Positions 23,381 through 46,870 of a stretch of DNA of 64,000 nt are shown piece after piece. The notes beneath the pieces were generated by a model. It did no database searches, was not told the origin of the DNA, and worked only from the letters and a program-made list of their open reading frames with translations. The stretch lies in contig OZ037765.1 in the NCBI GenBank assembly GCA_964035545.1, positions 9,620,698 to 9,684,697 on the forward strand, read 5' to 3'. Both the position numbers and the translations under genes were made by a program. The stretch is from Bugula neritina (Eukaryota; Animalia; Bryozoa). Numbering within the stretch: position 1 is the first letter of the stretch; the number at the start of each line of letters is the position of its first letter.

Positions 23381-25257
23381 ATTGGCAAATAACTATACAA
23401 TTTTAGTAGAATATAACCATAGAGACAAATTTTGTGGTTAAATAAGTTGTATTATAACTGTGTATATAAATTTGTGTATCATATGGACATTCTTTGCCTG
23501 TTTGTATTATGTTTGCTGCTAACATACGGGCTAAATCTTATTCCAAGTATGAAGAAATTATCATATCTACTGGGTAGTGTGTGTGAATGCAGATGTATCT
23601 CGGTTTCAATTTTCGTACCAGTTCTTTATTATACTATAGCACCAAATATCATTGTTAATCTTTGTAGAAATCGACTTGACTGTGTTTAAACTACAACTGC
23701 ATATATTTCTTGCGATTTATTCAGAATGGATGGAATATGTTTTATTCTCAGCAATACATATTAGTATCTGATAAACTAGTATATTCTGTATTTGATATAT
23801 TTGTAATATTAGTATTGGTGTCATTATTTCAGACTATAATCAAGTTGTTGCACCTAAAAATGAAATTGCTTGGAATACATAAACTATTTGTAAGTTTTTA
23901 TTCACGCAAAGCATATGAATTGGCTTAAACTCTCATAAGTAATGGTAATAATTCCAATTGGTAAGCATGTACTGATATTTATATCTACATAAATTTTGAT
24001 GGTGCATATGCATTGACTAAACTTCATCAACATTGGCCATCGCTGGACCACAAAAAAAGAGTTTAAAATTGAATAAAGTTGAAATATGTGTTCCAATTTG
24101 ACCAGTGAAACACTGAATGCACTTATTGTTATATAAACCTTCAAATTCTCTAAATAAAAATTATTCCTTTTTGCCTCTAGCTGATCTTTTAGCTAGTTGG
24201 ATTGTGTTTTAAAACATTTATTTCTCAAGAATGTATAAAAAAGCTCCATCACCCAACAAGCTAGGATATAACTTTTCAAAATTAACATTGATTGAACAAT
24301 TGATCATCTCTACATAATGTACATTTTCCATTTTTTAATAATTATTATACTTGCTTTGTTATAAACCAAACACCATTTAAAATTTTGAATATATGGCTAC
24401 CACTGCAGCTCACACCCACTGACTGTTGCAAACATTGAAAGAGTCCACTGGTAATAATTTCCACTTCCTTATGTTTTTCACAAAGAGGATATGCTTTCAG
24501 TCAAATAATGTCTAATGTTTATAGGTCACTTAGTGTATATGCATTTATTTAATACACTTCTAGGTGTAAAAAATGTCTACATATCATTTTCAGTCAACAT
24601 ACTGCAATTATATCTATAGCCACCCTAAAAACTTTTGCTCATGATTAGCTTCTACATATAATACATGCCATTAAGTTTTTATATTGCAGCCAATTTTTTT
24701 TTTTATCACCCAAAATCTATAATTAAGAACATAACATTTTGTATATTTTTTGATCATCTTACTAGTTTTGTTGTAGTACCACAACAATCAGGTTTTAGAA
24801 AAAAAGCTAATTGACAACTGCTATTCAGCCTATAATAATTATTCTCTTTCACTCTTTTCCATATGTGCCTATATAATATAAACTGTAGTTGAAATAGCAT
24901 TAATTTCAAAAACATATCCTGTCTTCTTCTAATCACTCCTAAGTCCTAATGTATATTATTCAGCATTTTTAATTCATTATGAACATCTAAAGATATATAC
25001 GATTTATTTGAGCATAATATGTTATAGACTTTATATAACTATTTGTTCAATGGTTATTTCAATGTTGTTATCACAGTAGCTGTTTTTACAGTTGATAATC
25101 ATTATAAGTTAGAGTTATCTCTACTAATTAAGGAAATAACTCAAGATTGAAAACTAAGAGAACTTTAAAATGATTGATTTTGGGCTTTAAACTAGCGACT
25201 CAGTTATTCAGTTTATTTTTCTTGCACCGCTGTGTAGTTTGAAGAACTGGTGAAGGC

Positions 25258-34076
<8,819 letters not shown>

Positions 34077-34235
34077 AGTTGTATTTTGTATTATATACAG
34101 TGTATTTACTTGCGTTTTATTTTGAAATAATATTTTATTCCAATTCTTGTATGTAATATATGGAATTACAAAAGTTTTCACCAATACAGTCTGAACTATA
34201 TTTAACCTTTGAACCCTGCACATTTAATATAATTA

Positions 34236-37200
34236 TTACAGTATTGTTTTACTGAGATTTGTAAAACCAACTCCCACACAAGTCAATAATATTTTGTCAT
34301 CTCCCAGCTGCAGTTCCTCATCATTGGTCTTAGGTTCTAGCTTGAACATGACTTGAAAGAATTCTCTTATACTCCGTAGAAACTCAATACTACAAAATCA
34401 ATAATATGCAATATGACTAGTTGAATAACAACTACTTCAACCCAAGAGGCTTATCAAACGGCGCCTTTTCTAAAACCATAACAAACTGAAAAACATAAGA
34501 TGGTCTTTATTACTGCACAATTTATTTTTATTACTGCACAATTCAATGGAAAGTAAGAATATTTTTGCCATAATGAAAACTATAGGGGTGTTCCATATTT
34601 ATGTTAGATAACCAATTTTTGAGAAAGTTTATTAAATAATTTTTAAATATAACCCCTAATGATTGATTTTATAGTAGCCCAAAAGAAGTTCCAACTATTT
34701 TGTTGCTTTGACTTTAGGTCCTTATTCCGTATAATATTAAAATGTTAAAATTGGTAGAAATTCATCTCATGAGAGTTATCTATCACAAGCATGGTTAGTG
34801 GATCAGAAAATCTGCAGAATAACCATATTATTATGGCCAAATATAAAAAGTGCTACTTGAACAATTTCAACCAGTGGTACCAGACAGTATAAACACAAAT
34901 TAACGATTGTGCTGAGCAGATGAAAAGTCAACTCTCAACTAAATTTGAACTATAATCAATAGTGTTCTGTTATTAAAATGTTAAACTACCCCATGGAATT
35001 TCCAAGATAGAAAATAATTAATCTGTTTTTTTGGCAAGCAAAAATGTCCAAATTCAGTTTCAGTAATGTATCAAATTTAGAGAAAATACATACGTGTAGG
35101 GGGTAAGTGGTCCAACCTCTAATTTTGAGACATCTGTTTGTCCGAGTACCATCAGCAATGCTGCAAGACTCTGGTTGGTTGAATCTACACAGCCACCCTA
35201 AACAACAAGGCATGAATTCAGGCAAATCATTCAACTGGCTCATGCGGAGAACAGAATTAAAGTTTTGTAAAGCATTGTTAGCAAATAAACATGGATAATA
35301 TTTTTATAATTTCTTACCCTACAAATTTCTTCTAAAAGTAATTGTGCCGCTTCTTTACCAAGATCTTCTGGTATGCTGGGTTTAAAGTCTTTATCATTAG
35401 ATGATTTAGGGTTGGAGCATGTCTCTGCCAAGTATACAGAGCCATTGATAGTTTCAGCCCATAAGGTGATGCCAAATCCGGGTGACCTACACAACAAGCA
35501 AAGAAAATACACGCCTGACTTCCAGCTCTAATTAATATCTATTTAATAGCAAGCCGTGTTTAACAATAGTCAAGTCTAAAACTCACAAAATATGACTAAG
35601 TTCAGTAGCAGCTTCAGTAAATAAACAACTATTTCTAACACTGACTTGCCAGTACGAGCTGGACCAGCGTGGTCTGTGTAAATATAAACATCTGTAAGAA
35701 ACTGATTCAGAACACCTCTAGCCGCATCAACCATTCGGTTTGCCATAACAGGTGAAGTTCGGCAGGCCCAAGCAACACCTCGAATTCTTTTTACCTGCAA
35801 CAGAAAGTATTCTAGACTAACTCATAAATATTTACAAGATATATTCACAAAATATAACATAATATATTCATGAAACATTTAAAATCAATATAGTGATTTT
35901 TCAATTTATATTCTCAGAAACAGAATGTGTTTATTACCTTTCCAGGATCTTGATACTGTACAGGAATTAGTTTAGGTTTTATGGGGCAGCCAAATGTTAC
36001 TTGTCCTCCACCTTCTGGAGCCAGCCCTCGCTTGTTAATCTAAAACCCAACAACTACCCAATGATCCTCCATGAAACACTTTTGAGCATACAATGTGATG
36101 CTGATCACCAACATTAAAGCTAGTTTTGCTTTCGAATAAATCCATTATTAACACAATGATGGAAAAGATGCCAGTACAGTGAACCAAATCAGTTTAACAA
36201 GTCAGAACTAATTTATAGCTGGTCCTGCTTAGCAGACTAACAAAAGCAACATGACCAAAATATTAATAGAACTTAGCCAGGCTTGTAGGAATCGCAAAGT
36301 AGAAATATTGTTACAAGCAGGTGTCCATTAAGTTAGTGTATGACAAATTTTATATATAATATATATTGTGATTACAGAAAAGATAAACTGCAGCAAGAAA
36401 TTAAATAAGAAGTTTGAGAATACCCTGGTGAGATTTAATTGTTTTAATACTGCATATCATTGCTTTGGTCAGTCCAAAATTTTTAAAGTATTTTTACTAT
36501 GACTCACCACAAGATTGATCCTGTCATCATCTCCTAGAAAACGCTTCAACACAGGGAATGTTGAGAATTTTATAGCATCAACCTAAAATCATTAATCGAT
36601 CCTAATTAAATTCTCTTACTGATATTCACATGAATTAGGAAGGAACTAAAGCTACATAGCACACATTACAAAATAACGTGGTAGTTCACAATTTTTTTTC
36701 TCTATTCCATATATTACTAAACGTAGACAATGGACAATTGGAAATATAATTTGCACAGTTTTGAAATTTCAGTCATCAATTTTGATATCAAAAGCTCACA
36801 GACCTATTTCAGCAAAATTTCAGATTTCAAAATTTTAAAATAGTCTGAGTAAAACCTGGTTGATAACATTGCAGATGCAGTAAAAACTTGCTAGTGCTAA
36901 TTAGAATTGAACTTACAAACTTTTCTTTTAAAGTTTAAAAGATTGTGTTATAAATTTCGCAACTCGAATACTATTTAAACTTTTACATCCTTAGCTGAAT
37001 AACAAACAGCTACATTTTGAAGTTCAAATATGAAAGTCTTTTAGAACAGTATTTAGATATAATATAATGATATTTCAATAAAAAGTTGGGGCTAAAATCA
37101 TATACAACGCAAATTGAAAGTAGTATGCATAACTGTACTGAAAAATAAATGCTTTGATACGCAATTAGAATAAGAAGAATAGCAAGTGCTGAGCTATCTT

Positions 37201-38406
37201 TGGTTTGACACAAGATACAGAGTATCTCAACAAACTTTTTGTAACAGCTTCAACAAATAATTGAGTTAAATACAAGTACTAACTGATGGATCATTGGACT
37301 CAGATGTGACCCCCCTCAAAGTTGCTGTGATAGACTTCTTACAAAATGGAGCCAAACACACCAGCATTTCCAAATAATAACCGATTCCTCTTTGTACACT
37401 ACAATCATGCTCAATCTCTCCACCATGCAAGATACCAGGTTGGTAATACAGTGATGTTCCTATAAAAGTCAAAGAGCACACATTATCTTACAGCTGTAAC
37501 TTGACAATTCAGCTTGAAACCTATGAATAGCTGCAAATTAAATTTAAAAACCAAGAAGTTAACAGGCTTACTGCTTGAATGTACACTTTGGAGTAAATAC
37601 TTTACCTGTGGCATTTATTTCAATTACACTTCCATTTGTCAATTTGTCTAACAGTCGCAAAAAACTTGCTTCAAATTCTAAAACAAATGATAAATGTTGT
37701 TGGCAGGAAACACAAATAAGATAAAAAAGAATAACTTGCATAGTCTTAGGCCCTAGTGAAAATAGCAATGCCTCCAATGACTTTGATACTTAATGGCAAT
37801 ACCAAACAGCAATATTGCTTCATAAATCCAGAAGACGATTCAGCACGGAGTTAATTCTAGTGCTTTAAACCACAGAAAGACCAAAAATATTGATTTTAGC
37901 ACATCTACGCTAATAATCATAACTAATGATAATGAAATGAGAGAATAAGCAATGTTCCCAATGCTACACTTCGTTGATTTCTATAATCTTCTGTTGAATA
38001 TTCGTGCTCAAACAATTATTATTTTCTTTATTAATATTTGCTTAACGTATGATTGATATTATGCATTTCCTAGAATTAAAAATTAATATATTATACTTTT
38101 GAAACATCCCCTATGTATTTGCTGAAAAATAGTTTTCTTGCAAAGTATTTGTAGTATAAAAAAATTGAATTATAGTTGAAATGTAAAAACTCAAGTTAAT
38201 AATAATTTATTTCAACTTTTGAAGGAATATCAATAGAATAAATATCTAAAAATATCCAGCTAATAAATACCTCGTAAACCAGGTTCATCTGCCTTCACTC
38301 TAATATTTTTTATTTTTATAGTAGTTCTGCTCAGTGTGGCAAGAACTAGTCTGAGGCGAAAATAGCTACTGCCTTCAAATACCTTGCTGTTGGAACTACC
38401 AGTCAT
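34236..38406 (-). CDS. RCL1: RNA 3'-terminal phosphate cyclase-like protein (18S rRNA processing), 9 coding exons
   Basis: MTGSSNSKVFEGSSYFRLRLVLATLS..IKNIR...PGLREFEASFLRLLDKLTNGS; RGIGYYLE; KRGLAPEGGG; KRIRGVA; DVYIYTD; SPGFGITLWAET; PEDLG; GCVDSTNQS; CVGVGFTNLSKTIL*. Stop at 34236-34238. Confidence 0.96.
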
Positions 38407-39399
38407 TGTGATTATGATTATAATTGTAAAGTTCTGTATAATCTACAACAGAAAATTGCACAGTATTATATCATGAGATACCAAAATCTAATACGTATAT
38501 AATACAAACCTTCATCACACTGAACAAATAGGTTCAGCCAAACGAAGAAAAATTAATTTTTTGAACAGAGAATATAAACACCCACATAGAAAATTTTAGA
38601 ATAACGGTGAATGAAAAACAGTATTCCTAGACACTTCGAGGAACAGGTATAAACGCAGGGATTGGAATTACTATAAACTGTTGAAATTAAAACTAGTACT
38701 AAAAGATAGATCAGGCAATAGGATACCATGTGTTACTAAAACAAGTAAAGTAAGCAAATGTGCATTATCAGAAAAATGCTTAAAAATCACAAAAAAATAT
38801 CAACTGGTAAACAATAAAAACAAAAGATATTTCAGTGCCAGTTAAAGGCAACTAGAAAACAGTTTCTCTTGACATATTATGTTGATAAAATATTGGAATA
38901 AAAGGTTAAACATGAAGCACTGTGGGGCATGCTATTTGAATTGGTGAATTGGTAAAAAAGGAAGCGAAAAATAATAAATCACAAATTAAAAACAGGTTAT
39001 AGTCTTGGTTGCCCAAAGGCATCCATTATCTATTAATTTAATTTTAAGTTTTATTTCAGTGTTGGTTCAGTGGAACTGGATGAGTTTCACGCCGAGCTGT
39101 TACTGCGACGTCAAATTACGCTCTCTGAATCAGAACGTTCAAAGCTGAACATAAATACTAGATCTCAAAGGACATATTTTTAAACTGGAATAGCTAAATT
39201 TACCAAACAGCACAATTATCTCAATCCATATGAACACTGATCACTGAATTCAAAGATATCAGTTCAATGCTTATGCGTTACTAACTGTGGAGTTATCTCC
39301 TACAGAGAACATAAATAACTAGTTGAGTTCACTGAGCTGGAAAAGATATAATATTATTGAGTTCATTGGTTGAGTCATTTCACCATGACCATGCATAAA

Positions 39400-39500
39400 C
39401 CTGTTTCTTGAAAGCCTTAGAATAGCGATGATTTATTACACCGCCCCTAATATTCTCTTAAGATTAATGGAACACAGAGCAACTAAATTCTGAAGCAACT
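39400..39500. promoter_or_regulatory. Inferred compact bidirectional promoter for RCL1 and FIS1
   Basis: GC box CCGCCCC at 39441-39447. Minus-strand donor CAG|GTTTAT at 39400. Both genes have acceptor sites shortly before their ATGs (~38442 and ~40915), implying non-coding first exons. Position is inferred only. Confidence 0.35.
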
Positions 39501-40740
39501 CGTAGTCACACTGTCACAGTGACAGTGAGCATTTTACATTGACTTTGAGTTTGACATTCACATTGAGTTTGACATTGTGATTGTCTTTTTGATTGCCTTG
39601 CAATCACCCACAAAAAATTATTATGACCAAAATGTTAAAATGATTATGGTGATTGATTCTTATATTTAAGTTTGAAACCTGGAACCCTTAGGCTTATCAC
39701 AGAATGAGAATCAGAATGACAATGACAGTCACAATGACAATGACTATGAGTATGACTATTACTACGAGTATGACTGTAACAAAGTGAAAGTGACAATGAC
39801 AATCATGAATCATTATCATGATAATCAATGTGACAATCACAATGACAATCAGTATCACAATGAGATTGAGTATAACAAATTGAAATACTAATACTAATAG
39901 TGATTTGAAATACAATCACAATCACAATGACAATGTGAACTGTCAATTGAAGTTACTGTAGCACTGGCTGACATTAGATTACTCATTAGCCAATAGCCTT
40001 TCTTAAGTCTTAGGCTTGGCCTAAGGATTATCATTATTGTTATGATCATCGTAATGATTATGATTATCAATATAAAAGTCATCAATCATCATGATCATGA
40101 CTATCACTATGACTATGCCCTATGGCTTTGGTCTATGGACATGGCTATTAGTATTACTATTAGTATAAGTATTACTGATTACTATTAGTATTACTATTAA
40201 ATTTAATATATTTCTGCTACTTGAATGCTTATGATAACTCCTTATGTCTTTATCTTATGCTTTTTGCCATTACTATTAGTATTATACTTAGTTATACCTA
40301 TTACTTATTAGTTATTTTATTACTATTGCTATTAGTTATTAGTTATTAACCCCATGGCTTATAGTTATGTTTATACTATAGACATTACATTTACTTATAC
40401 TTATAGTTGTATACTATATACATAATTGATGTTATTACAGGATTACTTATAGTTGAACTTAATCTAAATATTTAGTACATGTGATACTAATAGTTTTGTT
40501 ACTGGATCATATATTTATTGTTATAGTCATAGTGATTGTGTTGTACCTATAGCTATAATTATCACTTATTGTCTCATTAGTCATTATTTATTAGTCTTAG
40601 TTATTTCATTTACTTTTTACTATTAGTAATATTTATTATTAATACTGTATCACTGTTAGTATTAGTATAGCTGTAAGATAAGGTACTACTAGCGCTCTAA
40701 CTAATAAATTTAGTATTATATTTACTTTTAGTTCTCCTAT
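39500..40740. repeat. Degenerate period-3/6 low-complexity tract between RCL1 and FIS1
   Basis: atgacaatgacagtcacaatgacaatgactatgagtatgactattactacgagtatgact; tattagtattactattagt; purine (mostly A) at every third base over long stretches. Confidence 0.75.
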
Positions 40741-40978
40741 GAAAAATATCTAAAATCTTAAACATTTATATCTAATACTATATTTATTTATTAATAATAT
40801 CAAATTGAATAACACAATCTTTGAACCTTCATAGAGGTAATCAAGTGAGAACTGTTATTTGTGAGAATCAACTGGACGTATGTCATTGTAATTTTTTGCT
40901 TATATTTTTATTTAGTACCACTGATTCTGTCAAATTAAAAAAGACTGTTTAGTTGTGATTACTCAAACTAGTCTCAAT

Positions 40979-43429
40979 ATGGCAGCCATGGTTTTAGATG
41001 AGATATGTTCCCCTTCAGATTTAAAAGTAAGTGAAATTTAATATATAAAGATAGCAAAACTATAATTGGTGTTCTCTATAAAGTTCTCAAATAGCTCTTC
41101 ACCATTTAGCTTCACTGAACAATTTTCTATAGTACAGTTAGTTGTAGGCTGGTTGGCTGGTGCGTCTGCAATACTAATATCAAATTTACACCAATTACTG
41201 CTATACAATGGCAAAATTTGACTAATTATCAGAAACGAAACGTATTAGGTTTGCAATGCTTTGAAATACGGGTAGTTTTATTTAGCTTCCTTAGCAATAT
41301 ACAGATCTACTTATCATAAAATAAATTCGATGACATAGTAGGGTGAAGCTGTTTAATAAATGCCTTATACACAAATGAATGAAACCTTATTAGGTATCTG
41401 TGTCCCCCTATATTTGTTCTTTTCAATGGTTTTGCTTCTAGAGTTTGTTGAGAAATTAGTATTAGTCAGTTCAATAATATGAAAAGTGCTTGGTTGCCTA
41501 AACATTGTGAGTGCTAACATAACTTATAAATTCCTGGCTATTAAAAAGTTGACAACAAGCTAAAAATATTAGTCTGAGTTGAAAGTTTGTTGTCAGGAGA
41601 AGTTTTGAATGCTTGGTGAATTTTATGTAAAATCATCTTATAATACAGTTATTCAATTTTCTTTGTGATATATAGGCATATCTTTTTTTAAATCGGTAAC
41701 ACATGGCATGGAATTAATAGAAATAATCATAGGAAAAAATAGATAAAGCGTTTGCTAAAAGGTCCAATTAGTTTAATGTTGGATGCTCAGCTTTAATAGT
41801 GCAAAAATGTATGTTTTTTTGGTAAGTTTGTTTTGCTGAGTTTTAGTCAATTGTTTTTTGTTGTTGTGTAATGTATATTAACGTTAAATTATTGATAAAA
41901 TTTTAAAATAATAAACAGCTGATCACATTTTTTTCTGAATTGATTTTGTTTTAGAATTGTGAAACTCGGTACTATACTGCACTGGCGCAAAAATGCCTGA
42001 CGGATAATATTCAGTTCCAATATGCGTGGTGCTTGGTACGGACATCAAATCAACACAAACTTAAAGAAGGTGCTGGTTTATTGCAAGGTAAAGCAAGAGC
42101 AAATTGCAATAGGATAAACAATAATGTTTTGATTAGATTTGACTACCTTAGTGTAAAATATTCGAAAAGCATAAACAAATTTTCAAGAAGACAAAAGCTG
42201 GTCGAGTTACAACTTCATAAACATACTGTGTTAATGAGCTTCATATTGTATAATGTCAGCAATTTTTTCGTTTTTTGATGTTAGTGACCATAATACTCTA
42301 GATATATATAAACTGAAGTTGTAAATAGATGACATAATTTCCTATAGTTTATTTGTTCTCTTCATTTGCCTGCCTTTCTTTAGATTTGTTTCGAAAGTCA
42401 AGAGATGATGCTGAAAAAAGAGATTATCTGTACTATATGGTGGTTGCACACGCAAAGCTGAAGGTGTGTTAAATTTGTGAAAAAATTATATAATTGTGTG
42501 CAATGAAGCACCAATATAACATATATAATACATGATGTCTTTGCACTGCCTTTTTATACTTGATTTATGTCTCTTGGATTGAAGTGTTAGTTAAACATGC
42601 AGATTCTGAATACCTGTGTTCAATATTAGACATCTTCTAAACAAACCAGCTCATACTTCTAATGTAACTACATTTATTAAAATGTGCGGCTACCATGTGT
42701 AAGTCAGATAATACTAATGAGTGTAAGTATAGTATATGCATAAAGCTCAAACCGTATTATTGTTATGTAAACAGTCATCAGCTCGTAATTATTTTATATA
42801 CCAAAAGAAGACTGACACCAAATTACTGTTTGGTTTAGTTATTGAGTAAACTTTTACACCATAATCTCCAACTATACCCACGTAATGTTTTTATAAATTT
42901 TGCCGAAATGATTATTGACCTGTGAATTTGGAGAGCAACTTGGGAATATTGGTTGTCGTTGGTTTATCAAGATGAGCTGATTTTTAAAAAAAAAATTCAA
43001 TTTTTTACTCTGAATTTTTATGGTAAATTTTTGCAGGAGTATGAAATAGCAATAAAGTATATTGACGGTATTCTGAAAGTTCAGCCTACGAACCATCAGG
43101 TTTTAGATTTAAAAGCAGAGATCAATAAGAGAATGAAAAGAGGTATGTTGTTTTTATCTCTTATTTTTTCTCTGCCTTTCTAGCCGTGTTATTCGTTGAT
43201 AATTACACCTGCCTGTCTATTTTGAAAATATGTCAAATAAATAAAAAACTTTAGCAATTGGTTTTGGCTTAGCATTTTTCTAATGTAACTTTGAAAAAGT
43301 TTTTTCTTTGACATCTCTGTTGGTTTTGTAGATGGAATGGTCGGGCTTGCAGTAGCAGGTGGTGCTGCTGCTGTTGTGGGTGCTGGGCTGGCAGCGCTCA
43401 TTGGAGTTGCAATAGCTAAAAGCAAATAG
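40979..43429 (+). CDS. FIS1: Mitochondrial fission 1 protein, 5 coding exons
   Basis: MAAMVLDEICSPSDLK | ..QFQYAWCLVRTS...KEGAGLLQ | DL...KRDYLYYMVVAHAKLK | EYEIAIKYIDGILKVQPTNHQVLDL..INKRMKR | DGMVGLAVAGGAAAVVGAGLAALIGVAIAKSK* (TPR-like fold plus C-terminal tail anchor). Confidence 0.96.
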
Positions 43430-44340
43430 ATCCTAAATACAATGTTTCTTTTGTTAAAAAAGTCAAATTATTATCTTGTGGGTCTGTAAATATATATAAT
43501 TATGCTGACCTCTTTTGCGGTTCTAATTACTGTCATAATTAACTTAATAATTAAATTATATCACTATTGGTATCTTTCAGCTTAGCTAGGTTTTGTAAAG
43601 ATGTTATTTTTTCTTCATCTCTAAATAAATATTTTTATTGTACTATTTGTGTTTTTCTCTGAGGTATTTTCCACTCATAAAGCGTTTAATGTTATTTGTG
43701 TGTAGTATTATTATAATTAGAAACAGCTCTATTTGGGTTTCATATTCTATAGGTATTTAGTACAAGTAACTCTCTCAGTGCCATTCAAAATACACGATTG
43801 TGTCTATTAGCTGTGCTATTGGAGTAACAACAATTATGTAGTCAACAATTTATATGAAGATCATTGAGGTGATTAATTGTCTTAGCAGAATCTAAAGTCT
43901 GTATGTCAGGTGCTAGAAAAGATTTGTAAAGTATAAATGAGATGTCCGGTAACCACAAACTACAATACTTTTTAAGATTTCAATAAATTTACCTCGCATA
44001 ATATATTAATATAACTACTTAGTCTTGACACAATGGTCATTTTATAACTAGAATATAAAATGAAAGCATCTTTCATCCTAACGTGTTTCAAGCAAGTTTT
44101 GAGATGTACAGGCAGCTTTTATTTACATTTAATGTGGACAGTGCAGTGCCCAAATGCTACACTCGCACACATACAACTCGATCTGTGTATTGCAGCTGAT
44201 TCGGGGGTTGTACCCTCATCAACACATGACTCGCCTTCCCAATCGAAAAAACTTATGTTTGTACTGAAGCATATTTGAATCTCTAGCCATGGTTAGAGTG
44301 CTGCAATCGCGGAATGTCATTTATGAGCATTATTTTACCC

Positions 44341-44709
44341 CACTGTACACACGCACTGCTCACACATTGCTCACACACGCACACTGCATACGCACGCGCG
44401 CACACGCACACACACACTGCACACACACACACACTACACACACACACACTGCACACACACACACACACACACACTGCACACGCACTGCACACACACTGCA
44501 CACACACACTGCACACACACACACACACACACTGCACACGCACTGCACACACACACTGCACACACACTGCACACACACACACACTGCACACACACACACA
44601 CACTGCACACACACACACTGCACACACACACACTGCGCGCACACACACACACACTGCACACACACACTGCACACACACACACACACTGCACACACACACA
44701 CACTGCACA

Positions 44710-44740
<31 letters not shown>

Positions 44741-44884
44741 TGCACACACACACTGCACACACACACTGCACACACACACTGCACACACACACACACACAC
44801 TGCACACACACACACTGCACACACACACACACACACACACTGCACACACACACACACACACTGCACACACACACACACTGCACA

Positions 44885-44925
<41 letters not shown>

Positions 44926-44936
44926 CACACACACTG

Positions 44937-44967
<31 letters not shown>

Positions 44968-45037
44968 CACACACACTGCACACACACACTGCGCACACAC
45001 ACACTGCGCACACACATACTGCGCACACACACTGCAT
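44341..45037. repeat. ~700-bp interrupted (CA)n microsatellite with recurring CACTG(CA)n units
   Basis: Directly visible; explains the HT/CV ORFs at 44283-45134. Confidence 0.97.
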
Positions 45038-45739
45038 GTATATAATAGTATGTGCATGCTTATATTGTGTAACAGCTATATTTTTCATTAAATTGCTCAA
45101 CAAATGCAATGCATATTATATATTAGGTACATAAGGTAGTAAAATATTTTTTGTGCTGAGTTACCAAACTAAACTATTGTTTCAAGTGCAGTTATTTAAT
45201 TTTACTAAATGCACAAAGAACATTTATTTGAGTTTTCCTGGCATATATAAGAAGAAGTTTTGCATGTTCCCAATTTATTGAACTAAATTGAAACAATTTT
45301 AATACCCCAAATCTTGCTATTTTATTGATGTGTTTAAAACCCATACAGGCAATAAAGAAATTTTTGCTTACACCAGAATTGTTGATATAATTAATTATAT
45401 GTTTATCATCTTGTTATAGGGGTAAACTAAAAGCCTAACTTGTAGTTATACAGTTTAAAAATAGTATGTTTTAAGGAGTTTGAAAACAATGAAACATTTT
45501 AATAAAAAGGCTTTGTTTAACACAATTTATATAATATTAGGTGCTTGATGCCAAGTTGTTCAATGATATTAATGCATAATACATTTTGCACAGCCCATAA
45601 AAGGCACATTTTATAATAGGTGGTCGAGCTCAAGTAGTATTGACATAATATTATTCTACATTTTACAAGCAAATGAAACAGGCAATAGTGTTATTTTAAT
45701 AGAAAGACAACTCCAACCTGCAACTTGATGGTAATCAAT

Positions 45740-45947
45740 AGACCTAGCGCGAAGTTGATTTGCTACGCCTTTCGTCGACCTATTTACCCCACATTTCGTT
45801 GGATAACGCTTCAATTAAACGCAATTTCGTTTGTGATAGCGATTATATTTAATAATAAATTATTTGTGGCGGATTAAAAGTAAAACCGTGAATAAACCTA
45901 AACTAAAAGCCAAGTTATGGAATATTCTCTGTAACTTTGGATAAATG
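45740..45947 (+). promoter_or_regulatory. Probable promoter and non-coding first exon of the KMT2C/D gene
   Basis: Local CpG cluster at 45745-45900 ending in donor AAT|GTAAGT at 45948; next acceptor at 47210-47211, just before the start codon. Confidence 0.5.
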
Positions 45948-46049
45948 TAAGTTTGAAATTTTTTCACAAAAAGCTACTGGTTACAATAATTTCACAGAAA
46001 TTTGATTAAGAATGATATCGATTAGGATATTCTGCTCACAGTCTAGCCA

Positions 46050-46870
46050 TGGTGATGGTGATGCTGACATTTTGATTTTCATTTTGATTCAGATTTACAT
46101 TAAATTTAATGATTAATGATTAACGTGTACGACGTCGGCTAACTCTAAGTCTACTGAGCTAAACTAAAACTTAATCTCTTTCAGTTTGTTATAGTTATTC
46201 TATTTAGTATACTTAGTTATGGAATATATTCTAAAAAGTAAAATATAATAATATTAATAATGTGAAACTGAATGTCCTAGACTCCAGAGTTAGACTTAGA
46301 CTTAGAGTTTGACTCACGCTCATACTCATGGTTATTGATTCATAACTCATAAGTTTGGGACTGAGTTATAAATTTAAAATTAATAATGATTAATTAATAA
46401 TAATTCTGATTCATACTGGCTATAGTTATACTGAATTACTTCACCAAATCTAATGGTAATCGTAATAAACTTATAAAGTATATCTAATACTAATAGTAAT
46501 TAATAATAGTAATACTAATAGTACTAGTTAAGAATTTTTTAGTACTAATACTAATAGTAATACTAATACTATAGCAGTCACTATAGTTTGAGTTTTGAAC
46601 AGTTTGAAGTAATTACTCATTTTACTACTTATTCTACTTTTAGACACTAAGTAATACTAATGCTGGCCTTAATATAAATAATGATATGAATATAGGCAAA
46701 GTCAAATTAAACATAACCATAATTATTAGCCTACTTATTAACTAACTTATTAATATTAAACAATTATAATTATAATCTTCAGACCAAATATCTGTAATAG
46801 AACTACTACTAGAAGTAATAAACATAAATATTGAATACTAGTACTCAATAATAACTAAAGTTATTAAAAT
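46050..46870. repeat. Degenerate period-3/6 tract in the putative first intron of KMT2C/D
   Basis: gagttagacttagacttagagtttgactcac; taatactaatagtaattaataatagtaatactaatagtactagt. Confidence 0.65.

Noticed and set aside
39697-40085. Very hydrophobic Ile/Val-rich ORFs resembling membrane peptides
   Set aside because: By-product of the period-3 tract; no splice structure or recognisable homology.
44283-45134. 200-280 aa His/Thr- and Cys/Val-rich ORFs
   Set aside because: Translations of the stop-free (CA)n/CTG microsatellite in several frames.
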